This document shows positions 38,598 through 47,743 of a DNA stretch of 64,000 nucleotides, in pieces. The DNA comes from Deltaproteobacteria bacterium (GTDB taxonomy: Bacteria > Myxococcota > Kuafuiibacteriia > Kuafuiibacteriales > Kuafuiibacteriaceae), in assembly GCA_040218735.1 (NCBI GenBank), contig JAVJQW010000047.1:32001-96000 (forward strand), in the 5' to 3' direction. Position 1 is the first letter of the stretch. Each line of letters opens with the position of its first letter. Below the pieces are notes generated by a model. That model was not told the origin of the DNA, ran no database searches, and saw nothing but the letters and a program-made list of their open reading frames with translations. Both the position numbers and the translations under genes were made by a program.

Positions 38598-39506
38598 GTG
38601 ACCTCGACGCGCACCTCGTGGGCCCGCCGCATCGTCCGCGTCCTCCCGTACGTCCTGACCATCGCGGTGATCGCGACGCTCCTGTCGCGGTACGAATGGG
38701 CGTCGATTTCTGCGGCGATCGCGGAGGGGAACGTCGCCGGCCTCTTCCCGATCGCGTTCGTCCAGATGCTCGTGAGTCTGGCGTTGATCAGCGTCGCGGA
38801 CCGCACCGTGCTCGCCGAGCTCTACCCCGCGCCGCGCGTTACGGACGTCGCCATCGCGAAGGCCGCGTCGTCGCTGCTCGACATCCTCGGCTACGCGATC
38901 GGCCACGGCGGGTACGCGCTGTGGATCGCACGCGGGTGCTCCGAACGCCGCGACGGCGTCGGCGCGACGGGCGCCCTGCTCTACCTCATGGCGAGTGACC
39001 TCCTCGGCGTGACGCTCGTCGCGACCGGTGCGCTCGTCCTGACCGACGCCACCGCGCCCGAACCGCTCCGGATCGCGGCGCCGGCCATCGCGGGTGCGCT
39101 CGGCTTCACCTGGATCCTGGGCTGGTTCGGTCGGGGTCGGGGGCCGCGTGTGCTGTGGGCCTGGCGCGTCGTACGCCCCGGCGCGGCCGGGATCCAGCTC
39201 GCGCTCCGCGTGACGCAGATGGTGATGTTCTCGGCGTTCGGGTGCATCGCCGCGCGGTGGTTCGGCATCGACCTGCCCTGGTCGGCGGCGCTGACGTACG
39301 TGCCGATCATCCTCCTGGTCGGCGCGCTGCCCATCAACGTCGCCGGGTTCGGCGCGGTGCAGGCGGCGTGGCTGCTGCTCGTCCCGTGGGCGCCGGCCGA
39401 GCGCATCCTCGCGTTCCAGCTCGTGTGGACCGTGGCGACGACCGCGGCGATCGCGGTCCGCGGGCTCCCCTTCCTCGGACGCTGGACCGCGATGATCGCG
39501 CGCTGA
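38598..39506 (+). CDS. Lysylphosphatidylglycerol synthase TM / flippase-like membrane protein
   Basis: Multiple TM helices; LPINVAGFGAVQ motif. Confidence 0.7.
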   Translation: MTSTRTSWARRIVRVLPYVLTIAVIATLLSRYEWASISAAIAEGNVAGLFPIAFVQMLVSLALISVADRTVLAELYPAPRVTDVAIAKAASSLLDILGYAIGHGGYALWIARGCSERRDGVGATGALLYLMASDLLGVTLVATGALVLTDATAPEPLRIAAPAIAGALGFTWILGWFGRGRGPRVLWAWRVVRPGAAGIQLALRVTQMVMFSAFGCIAARWFGIDLPWSAALTYVPIILLVGALPINVAGFGAVQAAWLLLVPWAPAERILAFQLVWTVATTAAIAVRGLPFLGRWTAMIAR

Positions 39507-39836
39507 TGTTCAGCCTCGACCCGAACGGCGTTCGAAGATCGGCGAGAAAACGAGGGTGATCACGCAGTCGAAGCGTCGGAGGATGAAACCGCAGCACGTA
39601 CACTCGGCGCCGCTGCGGCGACATGTACGGAAAGAACCCTGACAACGAACGCATCGCGCCACCGAAAACCTCATCAGCTCATTGGAGGGGGGAGCTCGAG
39701 GACGAGCTCGGCGAGCCAGGAGGCCAGCACCCCCACCCTGCGAACGCTCGCGCAGAGGACTGCGCAGCGTTCGGCGATAATCACCCGCCCTCGCCCATCC
39801 TGTACTAGCATCGTGGGAGTGCGTGCGAGTTCGGCG

Positions 39837-41261
39837 ATGGCCGCGAGCCTCTGGGTGCTCGCGAGCCTCGGCTCCGGGTGCCGCCTCAACCCGGACTGCT
39901 TCGGTGAGAACGAATGTGCCAAGGGCCTCGTCTGCGCCCAAGGCGAGTGCACCCACCCCTCACTGCTGCTACCCGAAGCCGGGGTCGACGGCGAGAACGA
40001 CGGCGGCGGCGGCACCACGACCGCGACGTGGTGCGACGTGGAGCCGATCGTCCTGCGGCGCTGCCTCCCCTGCCACAACAACCCCACGTCCAACGGCGCG
40101 CCGGTCTCCCTCGTCGACTACGCCAACACGCAAATGACCGGCACCGGCGGGCTGCTGACCTACGAGACCATGGCGCTCCGCATGGGATCGTCCGTGAGCC
40201 CCATGCCCCCCGCCGTCGCGCCGCCCGCGACCGCGGAGGAGATCGCGATCGTGCAGGCGTGGGCCGACGCCAACGCGCCCGACTGTGCGAACCGCCCGCG
40301 CGACGCCGGTGTGCCGCGCGACGCAGGTGTCGAACCGCCGCGTGACGCCGGACCGCCACGCGACGCCGGGCCGCCGCGCGACGCGGGACCGATGCGCGAC
40401 GCCGGGCCGATCGACCCGCTCTCCGTGATGGGCAACGCCGCCCAGATCGCGCAGATGCAGTTCCTGGACAACGCCGCGGGCGCCGTCTGGTACCCGACGG
40501 ACCAGGTGATGCTGTTCGCGGATCCTCCGCAGAACCTGATCTTCCAAGCGGCCCCGCCGCTGTTCGAGTTCGCGAACTTCCGCACCGGCTCGATGTCGTC
40601 GAACGGGATGGACATCGACCCGGACGGCAACCTGATCGTCACGGAGCTCACCGGGCGCCGCATCGCGCGCCGCGAGGGCGTCGTCTACACGACCGTCGTC
40701 GACAACTACCAGGGGATGCGTCTCAACTCGCCGAACGACGTCGCGGTCCGGTCGGACGGCGTCATCTACTTCACCGACACGCCGTTCGGGACACCCAACC
40801 CCGCCGACCGCGAGATTCCATTCAATGGCGTCTACAGCTACGTGCCGACGGCCACCACCGCGGCGCTCCGCCTCGAGTACCAGGGTGCGTTCAACGCTTC
40901 GACGCCGACCGGCTGCGAGCTGTCGCCCAACGAGGACATCCTGTACGTCACGGACTTCTCGAACGGCGCGTTCTACACGTTCGACGTGCTCCCCAACGGG
41001 CGCCTCGCCAACCAGCAGACCTTCGCCAACGAGCCGCCCCCGGTGGACGGCCTCGCGGTCGACGCGTTCGGCAACATCTACTTCGGCACGTCGATCGGCG
41101 CCGTGGTCTACACCCCCGAGGGGGTCCGACTCGGCACCGTGCCGGGCGTGAATGGCGGCGTGAACCGTGTCGCGTTCGGCGGCGACGGCTATACGACGAT
41201 GTTCCTGATGTCGAGCACACGCATCTACTCGGTGCGTGTGGAGATCGAAGGCGTTCGCTGA
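39837..41261 (+). CDS. SMP-30/gluconolactonase lipoprotein with N-terminal cytochrome c motif
   Basis: GSGC lipobox, CLPCH...MPP, PRDAG linker, LNSPNDVAVRSDGVIYFTD, DGLAVDAFGNIY. Confidence 0.85.
   Translation: MAASLWVLASLGSGCRLNPDCFGENECAKGLVCAQGECTHPSLLLPEAGVDGENDGGGGTTTATWCDVEPIVLRRCLPCHNNPTSNGAPVSLVDYANTQMTGTGGLLTYETMALRMGSSVSPMPPAVAPPATAEEIAIVQAWADANAPDCANRPRDAGVPRDAGVEPPRDAGPPRDAGPPRDAGPMRDAGPIDPLSVMGNAAQIAQMQFLDNAAGAVWYPTDQVMLFADPPQNLIFQAAPPLFEFANFRTGSMSSNGMDIDPDGNLIVTELTGRRIARREGVVYTTVVDNYQGMRLNSPNDVAVRSDGVIYFTDTPFGTPNPADREIPFNGVYSYVPTATTAALRLEYQGAFNASTPTGCELSPNEDILYVTDFSNGAFYTFDVLPNGRLANQQTFANEPPPVDGLAVDAFGNIYFGTSIGAVVYTPEGVRLGTVPGVNGGVNRVAFGGDGYTTMFLMSSTRIYSVRVEIEGVR
40296..40409 (+). 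repeat. Intragenic (P/M)RDAG(P/V) x6 tandem linker repeat
   Basis: PRDAGV PRDAGVEP PRDAGP PRDAGP PRDAGP MRDAGP. Confidence 0.85.
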
Positions 41262-42235
41262 TGCGCGGTGAGCGGGTCGGCAGCTTCCGCCTCCACCGTG
41301 ACCTGCACGACGGGCGCGCCGCGCGTTACTCGATCGCGTCGCACGTCGACGAAGGCGACAACCCCGGCGCGTTCGTGGTCGCGCGTTATCACGATCGCGT
41401 CGCCGACGACGACGAGGCGCGAGGTGATCTCGCCGCGGCCTGGGAGGCCCGTCGCGAGCGTGTCACCTCACGGGTCGCGAGCGTCGTGGAGCACGAGGTG
41501 ACGCCCGCGCTCACCTTCGTCGCCACGCGCTACCTCCCGGGGATCGACCTCGCCGCATTCGCTCGAATGGAACGCGAGCAGAAGCGCCGCATCGACGTCC
41601 CGTTCGCGGCGCGCATCGTCGCCGAAGCCGCACGCACGCTGGACGACGTGGGTCAGGCGATCGGCTTCGACGCGATCGACTTCGACGCTCAGAACGTCCG
41701 CCTCGGCTGGGACGGCGCGGTTCGACTGACGCTCCCCGTCACGCTGGCGCTCGGCGTCGACGACTCGACCCCGGCCGCGCCGGATCTCCGGCAGCCTTCC
41801 CCCGAAGGGGTCATCGGTGCGGAGCTCACCGCGCCGTCGCTCGTGTTCCAGCTCGGGCTCGTCCTGTACTGGCTCGTCGAGGGGCGGCACCCGTTCCAGG
41901 GGTCGACGCCGATGGGGACGTTCATGCGGATCGTGGAGGGCCGCCCGGACCCGCTCGCGCACCCCAGCGCGGAGCTCGACGCGATCGTCGGGTGCGCGCT
42001 CCAGCGCGAGCAGATTCGTCGCTTTGCCACGCCGCGTGAAATGGCCGAGGCGATCGAAGCGCAGCTGTCCCCGGCGCCCACCGCGTCCGTGGCCGAGACC
42101 CTCGGCGCGCGTTGCGCGCAGGCGCGCCAGGAGGACCTCGACCTCGACGACGACTTCTCGACGGCCGGGACACAAACCCAGCCGGACCCCGAAGAGCAGA
42201 CCGTCGAGGACGCGGGGCCCGTGTTCCTCGATTAG
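41261..42235 (+). CDS. Degenerate Ser/Thr kinase-like protein (probable pseudokinase)
   Basis: YLPGIDL, SPE, VFQLGLVLYWLVEGRHPF and RRF are retained; no Gly-loop, VAIK, HRD or DFG. Confidence 0.7.
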   Translation: MRGERVGSFRLHRDLHDGRAARYSIASHVDEGDNPGAFVVARYHDRVADDDEARGDLAAAWEARRERVTSRVASVVEHEVTPALTFVATRYLPGIDLAAFARMEREQKRRIDVPFAARIVAEAARTLDDVGQAIGFDAIDFDAQNVRLGWDGAVRLTLPVTLALGVDDSTPAAPDLRQPSPEGVIGAELTAPSLVFQLGLVLYWLVEGRHPFQGSTPMGTFMRIVEGRPDPLAHPSAELDAIVGCALQREQIRRFATPREMAEAIEAQLSPAPTASVAETLGARCAQARQEDLDLDDDFSTAGTQTQPDPEEQTVEDAGPVFLD

Positions 42236-42260
42236 CGCGCGTCGCGCGTGGTAATCGAGG

Positions 42261-43547
42261 ATGATGTTGTCCTTGGTCCTCGGTGCGGCGATCGCCGCGT
42301 CCCCTACGGCCGACCTCTCGAAGATTCAGTGGATGCACGACGACGCGCCCGGCGCGTTCGCGAAGGCGAAGAAGGCGAAGCAGCTCGTCGCCGTCGATGT
42401 GTGGGGGACGTGGTGTCACACGTGCCTGATGATGCAGAACTTCGCGTTGAAGGAGCGGCCGATGGCGAAGGTCGCGAACAAGCTCGTGTTCCTCGCGATG
42501 GAGTACGAGTCGGACAAGAACACCGACTTCTTCGCGAAGTTCCCGATCAACGCGTTCCCGACGTTCCTGGTGATCGACCCGAAGACCGAGAAGGTCGTCG
42601 CGCGCTGGGTGGGGTCCGGGACGTCCGAGCAGATGGCGGAGTTCTTCGCGACCGCGGACCCGAGCGACGATCGACCGTCGGTGCGGGCGCAGCGACTGAT
42701 CGCGAAGCGCAGCTACGCCGAGGCGATCGAGATCCTGGAGGGTGCGCTCGCGAAGGCCTCGGCGACGGAGCGGAACGCGCTCTACCCGCCGTACATCGAG
42801 GCGCTCTGGAAACACGACACGAAGGCCTGCGCGACCAAGGGCGCCGAGCACCTGGATCGATTCGACGATCGCACCGCGGCGGGGATCGATTCTATGCTGC
42901 TGCTCAGCTACTGCGCGACGGCGCTCGAAGATCCCAAGCCGCTCTACGGTCGGCTCGCGAAGCGCCTCGCGACGGTCGCCGCCAAACCTCCGAAGTCCTT
43001 GGAGGCGGACGAGGTCGCGGGAGTGATGCTCGGGCTCGCCGACGTCTACGACGCGCTCGGGGAGAAGAAGAACGGTGACGCCGCCGCGAAGAGGGCCGCG
43101 ACAGTGCTGGAGCAGGCGGCGAAGCGCGCGCCGTCGATCGCGGTGCGCACGACGTACGACTACCACCGGCTCCTCGCGTACGTGCGCCTCGGCCGTCACG
43201 CGGAGGCGCTGAAGATGCTGACCGCGTCCGAGAAAGCGCAGCCGGACGACTTCAACCACCCGCACCGCATCGCGTACCTGTACCTCGAGCTGGGCAAGAC
43301 GAAGGAGGGCCTCGCGGCGATCGATCGTGCGCTGAAGATCGGGTACGGCGGGCGGCGGCTGCGGCTGCACGCGACGAAGATCGATCTGCTCCTGAAGGCG
43401 AACCGCCTGACGGAGGCGCAGGCTCAGGTCGACGCCGCGAAGAAGGAGCTGGCTTCGATGAACCCCGCCAACACACGTCAGGGGTGGATCGACATGCTCG
43501 AGGCGCGCGCGAAGAAGGTCGAAGCGCAGCTCAAAAGCAGGGGATGA
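42261..43547 (+). CDS. Exported thioredoxin-domain/TPR protein
   Basis: Signal peptide; GTWCHTC, AFPTF; C-terminal TPR-like helices. Confidence 0.8.
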   Translation: MMLSLVLGAAIAASPTADLSKIQWMHDDAPGAFAKAKKAKQLVAVDVWGTWCHTCLMMQNFALKERPMAKVANKLVFLAMEYESDKNTDFFAKFPINAFPTFLVIDPKTEKVVARWVGSGTSEQMAEFFATADPSDDRPSVRAQRLIAKRSYAEAIEILEGALAKASATERNALYPPYIEALWKHDTKACATKGAEHLDRFDDRTAAGIDSMLLLSYCATALEDPKPLYGRLAKRLATVAAKPPKSLEADEVAGVMLGLADVYDALGEKKNGDAAAKRAATVLEQAAKRAPSIAVRTTYDYHRLLAYVRLGRHAEALKMLTASEKAQPDDFNHPHRIAYLYLELGKTKEGLAAIDRALKIGYGGRRLRLHATKIDLLLKANRLTEAQAQVDAAKKELASMNPANTRQGWIDMLEARAKKVEAQLKSRG

Positions 43548-44406
43548 GCCCCTTCTTCGGGAAGTAGTAGCCGAAGACAAAACACATCTCGTCGGCGGCC
43601 GAGGGCCCGTACTCGACGGTGAAGTCGTCGGCGTTGTCGTACGTGCACTCGAAGCGGACGACGTCACCGTTGGTCACGGGGATGGGGTCGTCGAAGAACT
43701 CGACCTCCGGGTCGTCCCAGCGATCGTTCGAATAGACCTGATCGGACTGACCGTCGCGAATCACCTGCGTGGTGGCGAGGACACCGCGCTGGTGAAAGTG
43801 TGATGACATCGAGAGCAGACCGATCGTGTCGCGGATCGTGCAGTCTTTCTGGATGGTGGTGCGTTCGTTGGGCGGGAGCGTGATCTCGAGCGTCGTGAAC
43901 CCGTAGAGGTCGACGTGGGTCCGCGCCGGCGCCTCGGCGGTGTGCAGATTGAGCGCGAACTGCTGCTCGGCCGGCGCGTCGGTCACGTTGATCCAGTGCA
44001 GCTGCATGATGATGAGGGTGTTCGGCGGGAGCGGGAACGCCATCCCGTCCGGGAAGCGGTAGTCGACCGCGCCCGACGAGCCGTCGACGATCGGGCGCGC
44101 GCCCACGAAGAGCTCGAACTCGTCGGGGCACGGACCGAAGCCATCCTCGCGCTCGAGATCCGACATGAAGATGTTGAAGTGGTGCTGCCCGGGGCGCTGG
44201 TTCGTCTGGAAGCGAACGACCTCCAGCTCCTCGGCGTTGTTCATGTTGAGGTGGTAGCAGCGCGTGCGCTCCTGCCCCGCGTCGAGGACGAAGGGCTCGG
44301 AGAGGAGCTGCACCCCGCGCTCGGGGGGTTCGAGCAGGCCGTCGTAGCCGGCGACGCCGCTGCCGCACGCCGACAGGAGGGCGACGGCGAAGATGCTGAC
44401 TCTCAT
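43531..44406 (-). CDS. Copper type II ascorbate-dependent monooxygenase-like lipoprotein (PHM/DBH fold)
   Basis: LSAC lipobox; HH (GQHHFN), MQLHW, HFH, DEMC copper-ligand motifs. Confidence 0.8.
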   Translation of the reverse strand: MRVSIFAVALLSACGSGVAGYDGLLEPPERGVQLLSEPFVLDAGQERTRCYHLNMNNAEELEVVRFQTNQRPGQHHFNIFMSDLEREDGFGPCPDEFELFVGARPIVDGSSGAVDYRFPDGMAFPLPPNTLIIMQLHWINVTDAPAEQQFALNLHTAEAPARTHVDLYGFTTLEITLPPNERTTIQKDCTIRDTIGLLSMSSHFHQRGVLATTQVIRDGQSDQVYSNDRWDDPEVEFFDDPIPVTNGDVVRFECTYDNADDFTVEYGPSAADEMCFVFGYYFPKKGLIPCF

Positions 44407-44752
44407 GCGAAGCGACACTGCAGACTCGAAGCCAACCGTGAAAGCTGTCGTCTTGGGAAGGTGGGGCGACGATTCGGCCCAACTCGGGCGGCCCGAATCG
44501 CGCGGCGTTGACAGTTCGTAAGCTGTACAGACTTGCCCACACCCTGTTGCCTCTTGCCCTCGGGGGCGTCGTAGCACCGCTGACTTCAGCGGCGCACAGC
44601 GGGGTTCGGTTGTAGTCCGCGCGCGCAGTGCCGTCGCCGCGCACGCTTGTCCACGAGTTCCCACATGTTGGGACGATCGCGATTTTGTTGCGTCTTCCTC
44701 GTTCAGCGCCGAACGCGACGCGCGGTTCAGGACGAGGGATCCGCACATCGGG

Positions 44753-44767
44753 TGGCACGTCCGTTGC
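44753..44767 (+). promoter_or_regulatory. Sigma54 (-24/-12) promoter
   Basis: TGGCACG-TCCG-TTGC matches the consensus exactly, 66 nt upstream of the precursor ATG. Confidence 0.8.
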
Positions 44768-44833
44768 GATGTTCGTGCGTTCGACACCGAGCGCCGCGGG
44801 AGATGCGGCGTTCTCAAACGATAGGAGATCGAA

Positions 44834-45094
44834 ATGAAAGCACCGACCGTCAACGCGCGCGCGATCGACACTTGCGCGTCGTCCATGAACGCCGCGACGG
44901 CCCGTCCCGAGTTCGATGCCAAGGGCATCGAGACCTGTGCCTCGTCGTCCAATGCGCCGAGTGAGGCCGTGGCGAAAGCCGAGCCCGACTTCGAGCGTCA
45001 GCCCATCTCGACCTGCGCGTCGTCGATGTCTGCGCCCGGACAGATGGACTCGTTCACCACGGCGGCCGCGCGCACGCCGAACAAGTTCGTCTGA
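44834..45094 (+). CDS. Putative multi-core RiPP precursor peptide (3x IxTCASS)
   Basis: AGGAG RBS at 44823-44827; 86 aa; three P-x-[VF]-x4-I-x-TCASS-x-[NS]-A repeats; lies directly before the RRE and two rSAM genes. Confidence 0.85.
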   Translation: MKAPTVNARAIDTCASSMNAATARPEFDAKGIETCASSSNAPSEAVAKAEPDFERQPISTCASSMSAPGQMDSFTTAAARTPNKFV

Positions 45095-45102
45095 GCTTGG
45101 AC

Positions 45103-45145
45103 ACGTCCCCGCGGGTCGGCCACGGCCGCCCGCGGGGCGTCTTTT
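45103..45145 (+). terminator. GC-rich hairpin plus short T tract after the precursor (leaky terminator or mRNA stabiliser)
   Basis: acg(t)ccccgcggg(t)cggcc / ggccgcccgcggggcgt followed by CTTTT. Confidence 0.65.
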
Positions 45146-45162
45146 CGGAAAGGTCACAGGTC

Positions 45163-45678
45163 ATGCACGAACGAAGAACACCCCGGCTGATGCGCCACGT
45201 CCGCCTCCGCAAACGCGAGCCCGTCGCCTACGACGGGAAGAAGCGAACGATCTACGAGCTCAACGACGTCGCCGCCGCCATGTTGCGGCTCGCCGACGGC
45301 AAGAACGACGTCGACGTGATCGCCGAGGCGGTCGAGAGCGACGCCGAAACGGTCCGTGCCTTCATGGACGACTGCGCGGCGGCCGAGTTCGTCGAGTGGC
45401 TCGACGGCGACGCCGCGACCTACCGCGTGCCCGAGCTGGAGAAGGGCTTCCGGCTCCGCAGGAACGAGCCGATCGGGTACTCGGGGCAACAGTCGGCGAT
45501 CTTCAAGCTGAACCCGACCGCCTACGAGATCCTGCAGCAGGTCGACGGCGAGCGAGACGAAATGCAGATCGCGATTCGCTGCACGAGCGAGGAACAGGGC
45601 GGCGCCTACCTGGCGACGTGCCGACGGTTCCTGGAGCGCTGCGCTTCGGAAGGGATGGTCCGATGGAAGACCGCCTGA
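45163..45678 (+). CDS. Stand-alone tandem PqqD/RiPP recognition element (2 RRE domains)
   Basis: Internal duplication: IYELNDVAAAMLRLADGKNDVDVIA..VRAFMDDC / IFKLNPTAYEILQQVDGERDEMQIA..CRRFLERC, the typical PqqD LN..A..I...DG pattern. Confidence 0.85.
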   Translation: MHERRTPRLMRHVRLRKREPVAYDGKKRTIYELNDVAAAMLRLADGKNDVDVIAEAVESDAETVRAFMDDCAAAEFVEWLDGDAATYRVPELEKGFRLRRNEPIGYSGQQSAIFKLNPTAYEILQQVDGERDEMQIAIRCTSEEQGGAYLATCRRFLERCASEGMVRWKTA

Positions 45679-46619
45679 ACCTGTACGGCACGCCGCACCG
45701 CCTGCGCGACGACGAGCTGCTCGACGAGCTCACTTCTCCCTACTTCGCGACGTGGTACTGCACACGTCGCTGCAACCTGTCTTGCGCGCACTGCTTCGTC
45801 GACGTCACGTCGGGCGGGCGCGACCCGATCGACACCGAGACCGCGATGCACATGATCGATGGGCTCGTCGAAAACGACGTCTACCAGCTGGGCTTCGCCG
45901 GCGGAGAGCCGTTCCTTCGGCCGGACTTCTACACACTCGCGGCGTACGCGCGGGACCAGGGCCTGACGATCCAGGTCGCGACGAACGGCCTCTTCCTCGG
46001 CGACGAGCCGGTGGAGCGGCTCCTGGACGTGGGCTTTCGGTGCATCCAGATCAGCCTCGATGGCGCGACCGCGGCGAGCCACGACGTGCTGCGCGGCGCC
46101 GGTCGATTCGACGCGGCCCTCGAGGGCGTTCGCGCTGCGGTGCGCAAAGAGCTCCCGGTGGTGCTCGCGATCGCGGTGCACCGCGGGAACCTCGACGAGG
46201 TCGAAGCGATGGTCGACCTCGCGGAGCGCGAGGCGGCGATCATCCTGAAGGTGCAGCCGGTGTTCACGTCCTTCGCGTGGCGCGGCGAGGACGGCGCGCT
46301 GACGCCGGACGAGGTGCGCGACGTGGTCGCGCGGGCGCGTCGGCGAGCCCGGAGCGTAGAGCTGTCGATCCCACGGTGGGCGCAGATCCTCGAGGATCGC
46401 TCCGGCGAGCGCACCTGCGCGTCGACGCTCCGCAACGTGTCGATCCTCGACGACGGCCGGCTCTCCCTGTGTGACTTCGGTCCGGAGCACGCCTTCGGCG
46501 ACGTCACGCGGAACGACTTCTTCGACGAGTGGCGCCAGGTCGTGTCCCAGCACCACCTGCGGCAGCGGTGCGGGTGCACGCGGTACCTCGAAGCGGAACA
46601 GAAGGAGGTGGCGGCATGA
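45663..46619 (+). CDS. Radical SAM enzyme with short Twitch-like C-terminus
   Basis: CNLSCAHC, GGEP, TNG, QISLDG; C-x17-C and a terminal CGC only. Confidence 0.9.
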   Translation: MEDRLNLYGTPHRLRDDELLDELTSPYFATWYCTRRCNLSCAHCFVDVTSGGRDPIDTETAMHMIDGLVENDVYQLGFAGGEPFLRPDFYTLAAYARDQGLTIQVATNGLFLGDEPVERLLDVGFRCIQISLDGATAASHDVLRGAGRFDAALEGVRAAVRKELPVVLAIAVHRGNLDEVEAMVDLAEREAAIILKVQPVFTSFAWRGEDGALTPDEVRDVVARARRRARSVELSIPRWAQILEDRSGERTCASTLRNVSILDDGRLSLCDFGPEHAFGDVTRNDFFDEWRQVVSQHHLRQRCGCTRYLEAEQKEVAA

Positions 46620-47743
46620 ACCCGATCGCGCCCTACTCGGTCACCTGGTACATCACCAAGCGCTGCAACCTGACTTGCACGCACTGCTTCAACTACGAGC
46701 CCTGGGAGACACCGCGACGCGCGGACGAGGAGCTCGACTTCGACGACGCCAAGGCGATCGTCGACCAGCTCGCCGACGCGGGGGTGTTCAGCCTCGCGTT
46801 CGGCGGCGGCGAGCCGCTGACGCTCCCGTGGTTCGTCGACCTCATCGAATACTGCGACCAGGCTGGCATCGACACCTTCCTGTCGACGAACGGTGCGCTC
46901 CTCGATCGGCGAAAGGTCGAGCGCCTCGCGGCCGCCAACGTCACCGTCGTGCAACTCAGCCTCGACGGCGCGACGAAGGCGACCCACGACGCCATCCGCG
47001 GCCCTCGGAACTTCGACCACGTGATGCGCGCTGCCGGGCTGCTCGAGGAGCTGGGCATCGACGTGCAGTTCGCCTTCACGCTGATGAAGACGAACCAGGA
47101 CGAGATCGACGACCTCCTCGACCTCTGCATCGAACAGCGCGTCCCGATGCTGAAGCTCCAGCTGTTCCTCCCCACCGGACGTGCCGCGGAGGACCGCGCG
47201 CTCACCGTGCCCCCGGAGCAGTTTCGTGCGATCGTCGACAAGGTGAAGGCGTTCGAGCGCGCGTCCGGCGGCAAGCTCGCCGTCGACTACCCCTGCTTCA
47301 CCGGGCACATGGACGGCCTCGCGGAGTCCAACTGGCGCCTGGGCGAGAAGGCCACGAAGCTCTCGTGCGGCGCCGGCACCACCCGCGCCGTGATCTTCGA
47401 AGACGGCTCCGTCGGCACCTGCGAGTTCATGCGCGACGACAGCGCTTCCGACCTGCGCAAGGAGTCGTTCCTCGACGTGTGGCACGGCGGCCACGACGCC
47501 ATCGAACGCTGGCGGCGCCTGAACCTCGTCCACGGCAAGTGCGGCTCGTGCGGGTACCAGTCGGAGTGCGGCTACGGCTGCCGCGCCAACGCGTACTTCG
47601 CGGGCGGCGACTTCTACGGCGACGACCCGTCGTGCATCGCATCGCCCCCCGAGGGCGTCGAACACCCGTACTACGCAAAACAACGCGCCGTCCGAGCACC
47701 GCCGAACGGCCTCGTCCAAATCGGAGGGCTCGCCGCCCCGTGA
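46616..47743 (+). CDS. Radical SAM/SPASM peptide maturase (PqqE/MftC-like)
   Basis: CNLTCTHC, GGGEP, SLDG; C-x17-C, CxxC-x5-C-x3-C-x17-C. Confidence 0.92.
   Translation: MNPIAPYSVTWYITKRCNLTCTHCFNYEPWETPRRADEELDFDDAKAIVDQLADAGVFSLAFGGGEPLTLPWFVDLIEYCDQAGIDTFLSTNGALLDRRKVERLAAANVTVVQLSLDGATKATHDAIRGPRNFDHVMRAAGLLEELGIDVQFAFTLMKTNQDEIDDLLDLCIEQRVPMLKLQLFLPTGRAAEDRALTVPPEQFRAIVDKVKAFERASGGKLAVDYPCFTGHMDGLAESNWRLGEKATKLSCGAGTTRAVIFEDGSVGTCEFMRDDSASDLRKESFLDVWHGGHDAIERWRRLNLVHGKCGSCGYQSECGYGCRANAYFAGGDFYGDDPSCIASPPEGVEHPYYAKQRAVRAPPNGLVQIGGLAAP

Noticed and set aside
44834-47743. PQQ, mycofactocin or haem d1/Ahb biosynthesis
   Set aside because: No ExxxY or IDGxCGVY core, no pqqB/pqqC, no mftD/mftE and no ahbA/ahbB or nir genes.
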